Positions 8,477-20,400 of a DNA stretch of 64,000 bases are shown in pieces. The notes under the pieces are model-generated. The model was not told the origin of the DNA. It saw only the letters and a list, made by a program, of their open reading frames with translations, and ran no database searches. The position numbers and the translations under genes were made by a program. The DNA lies in the NCBI GenBank assembly GCA_034520945.1, contig JAXHNB010000006.1:192001-256000 (forward strand), in the 5' to 3' direction. Positions within the stretch are counted from its first letter, which is position 1; every line of letters begins with the position of its first letter. The DNA is from Trueperaceae bacterium (GTDB taxonomy: Bacteria; Deinococcota; Deinococci; Deinococcales; Trueperaceae).

Positions 8477-11400
8477 CGTTCGCTCCACTCGAGGTACGGG
8501 TCGGTCATCGGGCTCTCCGGAGGCAGGTCGTAGTGGAAGGTGACGGTGTCGGTTCCGGCGGGGATTTCGAAGCGAGACGACCGTCCGTCGCCCGGGCGAG
8601 GATCGACCAGCACGACGTCACCGGTGGGGGACGCGACGCGCACTTCGAGGACCACGCGGATGCCCTCTTCGATCGGTACGTGACGCTTGTCGACGGTGAT
8701 CGGTCCCTGGCTCAGCCGGGTGGTGCGGACCGTGTCGGCCAGGCCAGCGCGCGGCACGAGCGGGAAGTCGCTGACGGTGACACCCTCGACACGCACCCGG
8801 TGCAGGAAGCCGTCGCCGACCGCCTCGGGGTGCGGCGCGGGCGCGAACGGCGCTGTGCGGCGGTCCAGCCTCACCGCCCAGACGCCACGCTCGACCTCCC
8901 GGAAGGCGTAGCGGCCCTCGACGTCGGTGGTGGTCTGCACGCCGCTGGCAAGGAGAACGCGCGCGTCGGGGAGGGGCGCGTCGATGTCCGGGTCGTACGC
9001 TCCGTCGCCGTTCACGTCGAGGTAGACGCGTCCGAGGAGCAGCGTGCGCTCACGGTCGAATACGCCCTGATCGATCGTGACGACCACGGCCGCCTCGTTG
9101 CTGGTCACGGGGCCTCCGCCCTCGCTGCCGCCATACGCGACGGCGAGGTTGCGCATCTCGCCTTCGGCCCCGGGCAGCACGCGGAGTTCGTAACCCACCT
9201 CCAGGCTTCCGCCTGGTCGTAATCGCAGATCGCGCCACACCAGCACCTCACGGCCATCGATCGGCGAGCGGTCCGGTCGAGCCTCGCCTCCCGGTTCGGG
9301 TGTCAGGTGCGCGCTTCCCTCGACCCAGGCGGTGCGCTCAGGGGGCGTGTCGACCAGGTCGAACACGATCGCCTCGTCGCCCGGATTGCTGATCCAGACG
9401 GTGTAAGGCACGCGCTCACCGACCTGGAACGGCCCTTCGCCGGCGCGCTTCTCCAGCAGCAGCGCCAGCTCGTCGTCGAACGGGACGTCGGTCGGCTCGT
9501 CCTCGCCGGGACCGCCGGGATCGCCGTCGCCGTCGGGGTCAGGGTCCAGACCGGGTGCCGAGGCGTCGTCGGTCGGCGCCCCGCTCGGGGCGCGTCCGCT
9601 CGCGAACGCCAGGTTCTCGAGCGTGCTCGTGCCCTCGCTCGGGCGGAGTCCCTCCAGGACGATGGTGATCGTCGCGCGGGCCTCGAAGGGGAGCGTCTGA
9701 CCGGGGGCCAGGAGTTCGTCGCGGTCGCGCCCGTCGAAGTCGGGCGACACGTCGAGATCGTCGCTCTCGACGCGGATGCGGTCGGCCCCCAGCCCGGCCC
9801 GTTCGTAGAAGACGCGCAGGTCGTCTTGGATGCTCAGGTCGCGCAGGTCGATGTCGCCGAGGTTTTCGAGCGTGAGCGTGAACGTGGCCCGGTACGACCC
9901 GTCGGCGACGCGCCGCACGGAGGCGTCCTTGGCGACGCCCAGCACCGGCGACTCGGGGAAGGTCACCTCCGTGGGGCCGCGCTCGTCGGGATCTCCGTCG
10001 CCGTCGGGATCGGGGTCCGCACCGTCGACGCTGTCGTCGCGCACGGGTTGGTCGGCGGGCGAGCGGCCGGTCGCGTCGGCCCGGTTCTCGTACGGGCCGA
10101 GGTCGCTGCCGGGCGTGACCTCCACGATCAGCGTGACGGTGGCGCGCTCGCCGACGGCGAGCGTCGAGGACGACGCGAGCAGCCCCACGCGTTGCGCGCC
10201 GTCGTAGCTCTCGGCCGCGACGAGAGGCGCGTCGGCGCGCACCTCCAGGACGCGCGCCTTGTCCTCGCCGAAGGTGGTCTCGAGGTCGTCGCGCAGGCCG
10301 ACGGCGTCGAGGTCGACGTCGCCAAGGTTCTCGAGCACGAAGCGGTAGGCGAGCGTGTAGCGGCCGTCCCGCTCGTTGCTCGGGTTAGCCGTGGGGCCGT
10401 CGCCGAAGTCGAAGGTGGCGGGCACGCGCTTGGCGACGCCCAGCACGGGGTTCTCGGTGAACGTCACGGCCGGACCGGTCGCGTCGTCCTCCGTTCCGGT
10501 GCCGGCGGGGCTGGTGCCGCTCGCCTGCGCGTCGTTCACGTACGGCCCGAGGTCGCGTCCGGGGGTGACGCGCAGCACGAGGTCGACCGTCGCGCTGGCG
10601 CCGGCGGCGAGCGTCTGTCCGTCGGCTACCAGGTTCGTGGTGGAGACGCCGTCGTAGCCGGCGTTGGGGTCGAGACCGCTCGCCTCGACCCGGAGCACCT
10701 CGACGGCGTCGGCGGCGGCGAAGGCGGTTGCGAGGTCGTCGTCGATGCGCAGGTCGCGCAGCTCGACGTCGCCGGTGTTCTCGACGTCGAGGCGGTAGGC
10801 GAGGTCGTAGCTGCCGTCGCCGTTGTTGCGGGGGTTCGCGCCGGTGCCGCCGTCGAAGGCGTAGCGCTCCGGCACGGTCTTGCTCAGGGTCAGGGCGGGC
10901 GCCTCGCGCAGCGTGACGGGCGTGGGGCCGGCGTTGTTGGTCGGATCGCCGTCGCCGTTCAGGCTGGCGTCGCCCCCGTCGGGATCCCCCTGATCGGGGT
11001 CGCTGCCGTCGTTCGAGGCGTCCTCGACCCGCTGGCCGCCCGGGCTGGTGCCGCCGGCGTCGGCGCGGTTCTCGAGCAGCAGCTCGCCGTCGGCGAGGGC
11101 AGTGCCGGGCCGCACGACGACCTCGACAGCGGCCTCGTAGCTCGCGCCCACGGGCAGCGTCTGCCCCGGCGCGAGGAGCTCGCTTCCGGCCGCGCCGTCG
11201 TAGGCGTCGCCGGTGGTGGTCAGGTCGCCGTCGACGCCGCGGACCTCTTCGATCGCCTCCACGGCGGCGTACTGACCCTGCAGGTCGTCCTGGATGGACA
11301 GGTCGCTCAGCGGCACGTCGCCGAAGTTCACGAGCGTGAAGCGCAGCTCGATCCGGTAGCGGCCGTCGCCCAGGTTCTCCGCCGCCGCGACCCGCTTGGC

Positions 11401-14400
11401 GAGGCCCAGGGCGGGCGATTCGAAGGTGAACGGCGTGGGCGAGGCGTCGTCGCCCGGGTCGCCGTTCTCGTCAGGATCGGGATCCTCGCCCGCCACGCTG
11501 TCGTCGTCCGTGGGGGTCTCGCCCGGACCCTCGCCGCTGGCGACGGCGGTGTTCTCGTAGTCGGCGCTGGGGTCGTCGGGCGTGACGCGCAGCGTGAGGG
11601 TCACCGTGCCGGTCGGCACGGCTCCGCCGGTCGGGCCCGGCAGGGCGCTCTGCGTCGTATCGAGCAGCTGCAGCGTTCCGGCTGGGTCGCTCTGGCCCAC
11701 GAGGGCGGCGTTCGGCACGAGACCGCCGTCGGCCGTCAGGGCCTGAATCGTGTAGGCCGAGTTCTGCAGGCTGGTGGCGAGATCGTCCTCCAGCCCGACG
11801 TCTTGCAGCGGCACGTCGCCGTAGTTGCCCAGTACGAACGCGAACGTCACGTCGAACACGCCCGGCGAGCCGTCCACCGCGGCGAGCTCCACGAAGCGCT
11901 TGGCGACGCCGATGCGGGGATCCTCGCGGAACGTCGTCTCGGCGTCGCCGTCGTCCGTCACCTGAATGTCGGCAGGGCTGGTTCCCTCAGCCGTGGCCTG
12001 GTTCTGGTAGGGGCCGAGGTCGGCGGCGGGGGTGATCCGCACGGTCAGGGTGAGGGTGGCGGTGTCGCCGACGTCGAGACTTTGGTTCGGGGCGAGGAGG
12101 CCGGTGTCGCTGTCGCCGTCGTAGGCGCCGTTGACATCGAGGTCGGGACTGGCGAGGGACAGGACGGTGAAGCTGGTGGCGTCGGCGAAGGTGCCGGTGA
12201 GATCGTCATTGGCCTGGACGCCCGCGAGACTGACGTCGCCCGTGTTTTCGAGGGCGAGGGTGTAGGCGAGGTCGTACGTGCCGTCGCCGTTGTTGCGGGG
12301 GTTGGGCTCGGCGGCACCTCCACCGAAGGCGAACGTGTCGGGGGCGTTCTTGGCCAGCGTCAGGGCGGGCGCTTCGGCGAACGTGACCGGCGTCGGCCCG
12401 GCATCGTCGCCGGGATCCCCGTTGCCGCTCGCGTCCGGATCGGTGCCGGCGACGCTGTCGTCCGTCACCTGGACGTTGGCGGGGCTGGTTCCCTCGGCGG
12501 ATGCCTGGTTGTCGTAGGGGCCGAGGTCGGCGGCGGGGGTGATGCGGAGGGTGAGGGTGATCGTGGCGGTTTGGCCGACGTCGAGGGTTTGGTTCGGGGC
12601 GAGGAGGCCCTGGTCGGTGTCGCCGTCGTACCCGTTGGTCCCGTCGTTGACGTCGAGGTCGGGGCTGGCGAGGCCGAGGACGGTGTAGCCGGCGGCGTCG
12701 TCGAAGGTAGCGCTGAGATCGTCGGTGATCTGGACGTTCGTGAGGTCGACGTCGCCGGTGTTGGTGAGGGTGAGGGTGTAGGCGAGGTCGTACGTGCCGT
12801 CGCCGTTGTTGTGGGGGTTGTCCTCGGCGCCGCCCCCGAAATCGAAGCTGGTGGGCACGGCCTTGGCGATTCCGATGGCGGGAGATTCGTCGAACGTCGT
12901 GCTCGGCGCCGTCGCCGTGTCGTCGGCCGTACCGCCGCTCGGCGTCGTGCCGGTCGCGCTGGCGTCGTTGTCGTAGGGGCCGAGGTCGGCGGCGGGGGTG
13001 ATGCGGAGGGTGAGGGTGATCGTGGTGGTTTGGCCGACGTCGAGGGCCTGGTTCGGGGCGAGGAGACCCTGGTCGGTGTCGCCGTCATAGGTGTCGTTGA
13101 CGCCCAGGGTAGAGCTGTCGAGGTCGAGGATGCTGGTGTTGGCGGCGTCGTCGAAGGTAGCGCTGAGATCGTCGGTGATCTGGACGTTCGTGAGGTCGAC
13201 GTCGCCGGTGTTGGTGAGGGTGAGGGTGTAGGCGAGGTCGTAGGTGCCGTCGCCGTTGTTGCGGGGGTTGTCCTCGGCGCCGTCCCCGAAATCGAAGGTG
13301 GCGGGCGCGGCCTTGCTGAGCGAGAGGTTCTCGTCGTCGGCGAGCACGACCGGCGTCGGGTCCTGCTCGGTCGGATCGCCGTCACCGTCACCGTCGGGGT
13401 CCGGGTCGTTCCCGTCGGTCGAGACGTCGTCGGGGGCGTCGATTCCGCCCTCGCTGGTGGCGCTGCCCGTGGCTGCGTTGTCGTAGTTCGCCAGGTCGGT
13501 CGGCGCATCGGGCGTGACGAGCACGCCGAGGGTCACCGTCGCGCTGGCGCCGATCGCCAGCGTCGACGACGCCGCGTCGAGCAGTTGCTGCGCGCCGTCA
13601 CCGGTCGTGGCGCCCACGACGCCACCCGCTTCGGTAAGCGACCCCGTGGCCGTGAGCGACGTGATCTCCCACGACGGCCCGGCCGGGCCGAACGTCGCGT
13701 CGAGATCCTCGGTCAGGCCTACGTCGGCGAGCGACACGTCGCCGAGGTTCTCGAGCGTGAAGACGAACTCCAGGTCGTAGGTGCCGTCGGCGTTCGGTGC
13801 GGGCATCGGACCGTCGACCAGGCGCTTCGCGACGCCCAGGGTCGGATCCGCGGTGGTGGCCGAGGCCGAGTCGTCGGTTGCGTACGAGCGTTGCTCGGGC
13901 TCGTCGTCGTCCGCGAGCGACTGGTACCCGAGGCCCGCGGTGTTCGTGATCGTCGCGCTCGCGGTGGAGCCGGCATCGAGCGTCGCACGGTACGTGATCG
14001 TGACCGTCTCGCCTTCGGGAAGATCGGACACGTCGACCCCGACCGTGTCGGCGTCGCTCCGCGCGAGGTCGACGGTCGCGCCCGAGGGCGCCGTGACATC
14101 GCTGGCCGTTGGCGTAGCGAGCGTCAGGCCCGCGGGCACGTCGTCGGTGACGGCGAGGTCGTACGCGGTGGCGTCCGAGTCGCTCGTGTGCGCGATCGTG
14201 ACGAGATACTCGACCTCGTCGCCGACGTCCAGCGAGGACGCATCGCCGTCGGAGGCCGTGCCGTTGCCGGTCACCGCGACGATCTCCTTGGTCACCGTCA
14301 GCTCCGGCTCTTCGATGGTGAGCGTGGCCGTCGCTTCTGGTGTGCCGCCGTCGCTTTCGGGATCGGTGAACGACAGCGAGACGTCGTTCGTCAGCTCGCT

Positions 14401-17400
14401 TCCGCGCGTCACGCCCGTCTCGTCGAGCACGCGCGCGGTCACCACGACGTCAAAGGTGTCGTCGGTGGCGTCGTCGTTCGCCGTCGCCGTCACGTCGCCG
14501 AAATCCAGCGAGAAGGTTCCTCCGCTGTCGCTCGATCCCGGGACCGTCTCGCTCGGAGTGGGCAACGTGCCGCCGAACGCCCCCGCGTCGACGCTGTGGC
14601 TCAGGTATCCAAGACCCGTGGGCAGCGTGTCGGACAGAACGAGATCCCGCGTGATGCCCTCAGGCAGCGTCACGGTCACCGTGAAGGCGACGGGCGCCCC
14701 GACCGGTGCGGTGGCCGGGTCGACGCTCTTCGAGACGGTCGGCTCGGCAAGGCTGGTCGTCACCTCGTTGCTGTAGGTGGGGCCGTAGCTTGCCTGATCG
14801 CCATCGGACGCCTCGCTGAAGGTCTCGTTGTCGCCGTCGGACATGGATGTTCCGGTGCCGGGCAGGCTGTCGTAGGCGACCTTTGCTTGGTTGGCGATGC
14901 TGCCGCCCGCTGGGGCGGTGGCGATCACCGTCGCGTCGATCGTCACCGTCACGGTTTCGTCCGGGTCGATCGCGTCGAGGACGAGGTTGACCTTCGTCGC
15001 GTCGCTGTCGTCGGTCGTGATGGTCGGCGCGGGGGATACCGTGCTGGTCACCGCCGCGGCCGGCAGGGCGGCGTCGGCGCGCTCGAGTAGGGGATCGAGC
15101 GGGTCGGTCACTGCCACGTCGAAGGCGGTGGCAGTCCCCGTGTTCTTGAAGGTCAGCTCGTACTGAACGGCGTCGCCGGCGTCCGTCGGCGCCGTGACGA
15201 GGCTCTTGACGGGCGTCCCCAAGTCGGGCTCGACGACGTCGACCGTGACGGGTTCGGCCGTCGCGGCGTCGCTGCCGTCGCTCCGGACGGCGGCCTCGTT
15301 GTCGAGCGTGTCGCCGTCCTCGGCCGGACGGGCGACGAGGACATCGAACTCGATCCGGAGGGTCTCGGTCCCAGCGTCGTCGTCGGCGTTCGTCACAACA
15401 CCGAAGTCGAAGGTGATGGTCGCTCCGTCGTTCGAGGTCGTCGGAATCGGATTGGCCGAGACGCCGAACGTCGGGGTGTTTTGAAAGCCTTCCGGGGTTA
15501 CCGCGGCGCTGCCTTCCAGGTTGTCGACCGCCGTGAGGCCGTCGGGCAAGTCGTCCACCACCGTCAGGCCCGGCGTCTCACCCTCTGGGACGTCGACCTC
15601 CAGGCGATAGCGCACGATTTCGCCAATGGTTGCGTCGGTCGCGTCCGTACCGGCCTGGGTGCTCGGCTCGGACGTTCCGACGATCGACTTGCGAATGGCA
15701 AGATTGCGCACCGTGATCTGCGAGATGCCGTTGGCTACGTAGTCGTTCGGGTCCTCGTTGCCGAGATCCCCATCGCTGCCATTCCGTTCGCCGTCGTCGT
15801 CCCCGCTAGCGCCTGGCGTCCGGCTTCCGTTGCCTAGCAGGCCCGTGTAGCGCACGGACGGCGTCGTCGTGATGATGTCGCCGGGCGTGGCATCGCCGGT
15901 CAGGCGAACGCGGATCTTCACCGTTACGTCGTCTCCGACGTGGAGCTCGTCGATCGAGACCGAGACGGTGCCCGTCGCCGTGCTCGAGGATGACGTGTCC
16001 GCTGTCACATACGCTGGAACGTTCGCCGTTGTGACGGAGACCAGCTCGAGCCCGGCAGGCAGGGTTTCGTCGAGGACGAGTTCGAACGCATCGGCATCGC
16101 CGTCGTTGGCGATCACGAAGTCGAGGACGGCTTCGTCCCTCGCGTCGGCCCCGGACAGGTCACCACTTGCGTCGATCGTGCCGACGCCGTCGGTCGAAAC
16201 GACATCGCTCGAGAGGGTCAGGTCCGGCTCGACCAGAGTGACGTCCTCCGACGCACTCGTCGCGCGGACGGTTCCGCCGACCAGGACGTCGAACCTGTTG
16301 GCAAACGTGGCGCCGGCAGCGAAGGTGGTGCCCGAGGTGTCCGGAGCGACGTTGAGGACGAGCACGTCGAATTCGATCAAGATTGTCTCGTCGTCCGGAT
16401 CGCTGTCGTTGTTGACGACCTCTCCGAAGTCGAACTCGAGGCGCGTGCGGCCGGGTTTTGGCGTGTCGTCGGATTCTTGTGCCGTCGGACTCGGAGAACC
16501 AAAGGTCGCCGTATCGTCGAAATTGGTGGTGTCGATCGTGAGCGTGCTGTCGAGATTGATCGGAGCGAGACCCAAAGGCAGGTCGTCGCGCACGGTCAGG
16601 TTGGAACTCGTCCCCTCGGGCACGACCACCTCGAGCTCGTAGCGCACGACCTCGCCGATCGCGACGTCACTGCCTTGCGTGCGAGATTCGGACGTGTCGA
16701 TCAGGAGCTTCGCGGCCTGTGGCGAGCGCACGTCGAAGGTGGCGGTGCCACTGCGCGTGTAGTCGTTGGGCGGGTTGGGCGACGTGCCGCTTCCCGTTCG
16801 CTCTCCACCGGCGGTGCCGGGGTCTCCTGCCTGTGAGCCGGTACCGTTGTCAGCCGTACCTTCGCCCGGCAGGCTGGTGAAGGTCAGGTTCGCCGTGTTA
16901 ACGATTTGCTCGGACGGTTCCGCGCCGATTTGAACCGTCGTATCGACCGTGACGGTGACCTTCTCGCCGGGGTCGAGGCGGTCGATGGTGAGGTCGATGG
17001 TGTTTCCCGAGCTGTTGTCGGTGATGTTCGGTGCGTTGTCGATGGTCGTGGTGGTGATCGAGACGTTTGTGACGGTCAGCGGGGTTGGGACGATGTCGGT
17101 GAGCTGGAGGTCGAAGGCGGCGGTGTTGCCGCCGGTCACGACGATCTCGAACGTCGGCGTATCGTTTGCGTCGCCGGTCGCGGCGCCGACAACACTCTTG
17201 TCCACGGTCGGCAACGGCTCGCGGACCGTGACGGACTCCTGCGCAGGTCCCGACGAGGTGGTGCTCGTCTCCGCGGTCACGCTGTTCTGTAGGACGTCGG
17301 TGTCTTGGTTGCTCGCGACGTTCTCGACGAGCGCGTTGAACTCGACGGTGAGGATCTCGTCATCGGCGTCGTTATCACTGTTGACAACGTCGCCCACGTT

Positions 17401-20400
17401 GATTCGCAACTGGTGAGCGCCCGCGTCGTACGTGATGTCGTCGCTGGAAACCGTGACGCCGCCCAGCCCGTTGCGGGTCGTGACCTTCACGGTGTCGGGC
17501 ACGTCCACGGCGGTGAGGCCATCGGGGAGCTGATCCTCGATGACGAGGCCTTCGGTGGTGCCTTCGGGCACGACCACGTCGACTTCGTAGCGAACGATTT
17601 CGCCGATGGTGACGTCGCTGCCGCTGGTGTGGGCTTCCGACGTCGCGACGACCGACTTGCTGATGGACGGTTCGTCGGTGGTGACGGTCGCGTCGTCGGA
17701 CGGTCGGAGGGCGGGCGCCAGGTTCGTCCCGTCCTCGCGCCCAGCGAAGCTCTCGATGGTGGAGGTGTTGGCGTAGTCCGTGGACGGCGTGACCGTGTCG
17801 GGCAACGTCACGCGGTACGTGATGACGGCGATGTTCGAACCGTCGCTCGTGGGGGCGCCGTCGACGACGCCAGGTGCGAGGACGTCGTCGATCTCGAGAC
17901 CGGCGCCGAACAGGTCGGACAACGTATCGCTCGTCGCCAGCGGCGTGTCGTTGCCCGCTCGAACCTTCAGATTCGAAGCGTCGCCGATGGTGAGCCCTGC
18001 CGGCAGATCGTCTGCCACGATCACGTCTCGCGCACCACCGACGCCGGAGCCCGTGTTCTCCACGATGATGGCGAAGGTGATCACGTCGCCCGCGTCGACG
18101 CCGCTCAGGTCCTGGTCGAAAGCGTCCCGGTTCGTCGTCGAGGTGATCGACGTGGAGGGGAAGGGGAACGTCGGCTGGCTGTCCAACTGGCTGTTCGTGA
18201 CGGCGACGACGCCCTTGCTCACGTTCAGCTCGGGGCGCGTGTACACCACCTGGACGATCGCGTCCGAGGCGAGATTCTGGGTCGTGCTGTCGGACGTGCT
18301 GGCCCGGGCCGATCCGAGGTTGGTCAGCAGCAGCCGGTCGGAGAACGCGGCGTCCTCGGTTCGAAGAGTGATCAGCAGGTCGATCGTGCTGGGGTTCGAA
18401 CCGGCATCGTTGTTGCTATCGAAGTCGAACGCGACGGAGTTCGTCGCCGCGTGCACCGAAACGGTGGGATCTGACGAGAAGTCGTGCGTAGGTCCATACG
18501 CCCATGCTCCAGCCGTCGGGACCGCGCCCGCGTCGGTGACGAAGTCCAGCGACCCGGGCAGGCTATCCACGTCGAAGACGGGGAGGGGGAAATAGTCGCG
18601 GATCTCGAGATCTTCGAAATCGCTGGTGGGAAGGTCCAGGGTCAGCCGGTACGTGACGGACGAGCCGGGGGCGAATTCGGGCGGCTCGGGCGCCAGCACG
18701 CCGTCGATGGCGTAAAGCGCTTTGCCGAGCGTGGGCGTCGGGACGCGTACCGAAGCCGAGCTCGTGTCGTCGTCCGTCTGCCGCGTCGTCGTCAGGTCGC
18801 TCGGGTCGAGGATCTCGCCGCGAGCGGCGACATCGTTCGTCAGGACGTCGCCCTGAACGACGGTGGTTTCGTCCGACGCGGGAGCCTTCCGGTACGTCTC
18901 CATGATGTCGGCGAGGAACGTGAGGGTCAGCGTGGTCGGCCCCGCGTCGTAGGCGTTGCAGTCGACCGTTCCGCCGCTCGGAGGCACGCATCCTCCGAGG
19001 ACCCGGCCGTCCTCGGCGCCATCGATGTCGGCGTCATCCAAGGCGGTCGAGACGTCGAACGTCAGCGTCGTGGTGCCATCGTCGACGTTCGAGGTTTCGC
19101 TCGCCGCGATCGTGATCGTGCCACCGGCGCCAGCACCGGTGTTCAGCGTGACCTCGGGGCTCGGGTCGTCGACGAAGGCGAGTCCGTCGCCAAGGTCGTC
19201 CGTCACGACGAGCTCGTCGAACGCCGAGTCGTCGCTGATCTGGATGTCGACCACGTACTCGACACGGTCGCCCGGTGTGGGGCCGGTCGCGCCCTGGTCC
19301 GTGTCCAGCGAGGCACGCTTCTGGACGGTGAGCAGCCCATTCACCGGCTGGACGTCCTCGCCTTCGTTGTTGACCAGTTGGAGCACGTGGTCGTCCGCCG
19401 CCGAAAGCTGCTCGGTAGCGTCCCTCGTGTCGAAGGGTTCCCAGGTCCCGTCGACCGCGAGGGTGTTCGTCGCCTGCTTCTTGTTTCCTTGGTCGCCCGA
19501 CGGGACGCCGTCCGCGTCGGTGAGCGGAACGTAGAACGAGAACGTCACCTCGGCGTCGACGCCGGGATCGCCCGTGAGCGAGCCGAACGCCACCTCGAGC
19601 GTGCCGCCCTTCTCGTGGGCGAGCGGAGCCAACTCGACGGAGCCTCCGCCATCGTCATCGACGGCCAAGAACGCGAGGTTGCCTGGGAGCACATCAGTCA
19701 GTACGAGGTCGGCCACCGTCTGCCCGTCGGGGATGTCGACCGTCAGCCGGTACTGCCGAGGGAAGTTCTTTCCGATGGCCGTCTCGTTCTCGGGTCCCGA
19801 ATAGGACTTCGACGCCGTGAGGACGCGCGGCTCCACCAGGCTCGTAGCGGCCTGTTCGATCTCCTGCACGACTTGCGGATCGTCGTCGGGGTTGTCGAGC
19901 GCGTTCCCGCCCAGGAAGAACCCACCACGGCCCTGGATTTCGAGAGAAGGCGTGAGGTCCGCAAGGTTCGACAACTCGAGGTCGACCTCCACGTCGATCG
20001 GCGGCTGGCCTGGCGTGACGGAGCCGAAGGGCGGCTCGATCACGACCAGCGCGTCGCCGACGCCGTAACCGGCGGGGGCCGGCACCATCACCGGTTGCCC
20101 CGTGTCGTCGACGAGGAGCGGATGCTCCGCGACGGCGGAGCCCGTACCGTCATCCTCGAAGTCGACGACGGTGTACGCTACGTTCGAACCGAGGTAGCGC
20201 GCGCCGGTGACGGAGACGCCGTCGTCGACGCCGTCGTCGCCGTCCATTCCCGTCACGGGGACGATCAGGTCGATGAACGGACCGTAGCCGGTGGCGTCGC
20301 GCCCGTCGAAGCTCGCAACGAGCGTAGACGTTCCGCCCAGCGGAACGGCGCCAGGGCTCGAGAGCTCGACATCGACTGCCGGAGGTTGCGCAAGCGCCAG

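Noticed and set aside
12000..13296. Direct repeats as a possible CRISPR array or diversity-generating retroelement TR/VR pair
   Set aside because: Repeats are in-frame domain-sized units with no spacer pattern; no cas or reverse transcriptase gene is present and differences are not adenine-specific.
9307..15090. 1927-aa plus-strand ORF antisense to the giant gene (also 17305-18474, 18484-20514 and many similar long antisense/alternate-frame ORFs)
   Set aside because: Shadow ORFs caused by high GC and codon bias; V/R/G-rich translations with no recognisable motifs, and the opposite strand carries a clear gene.
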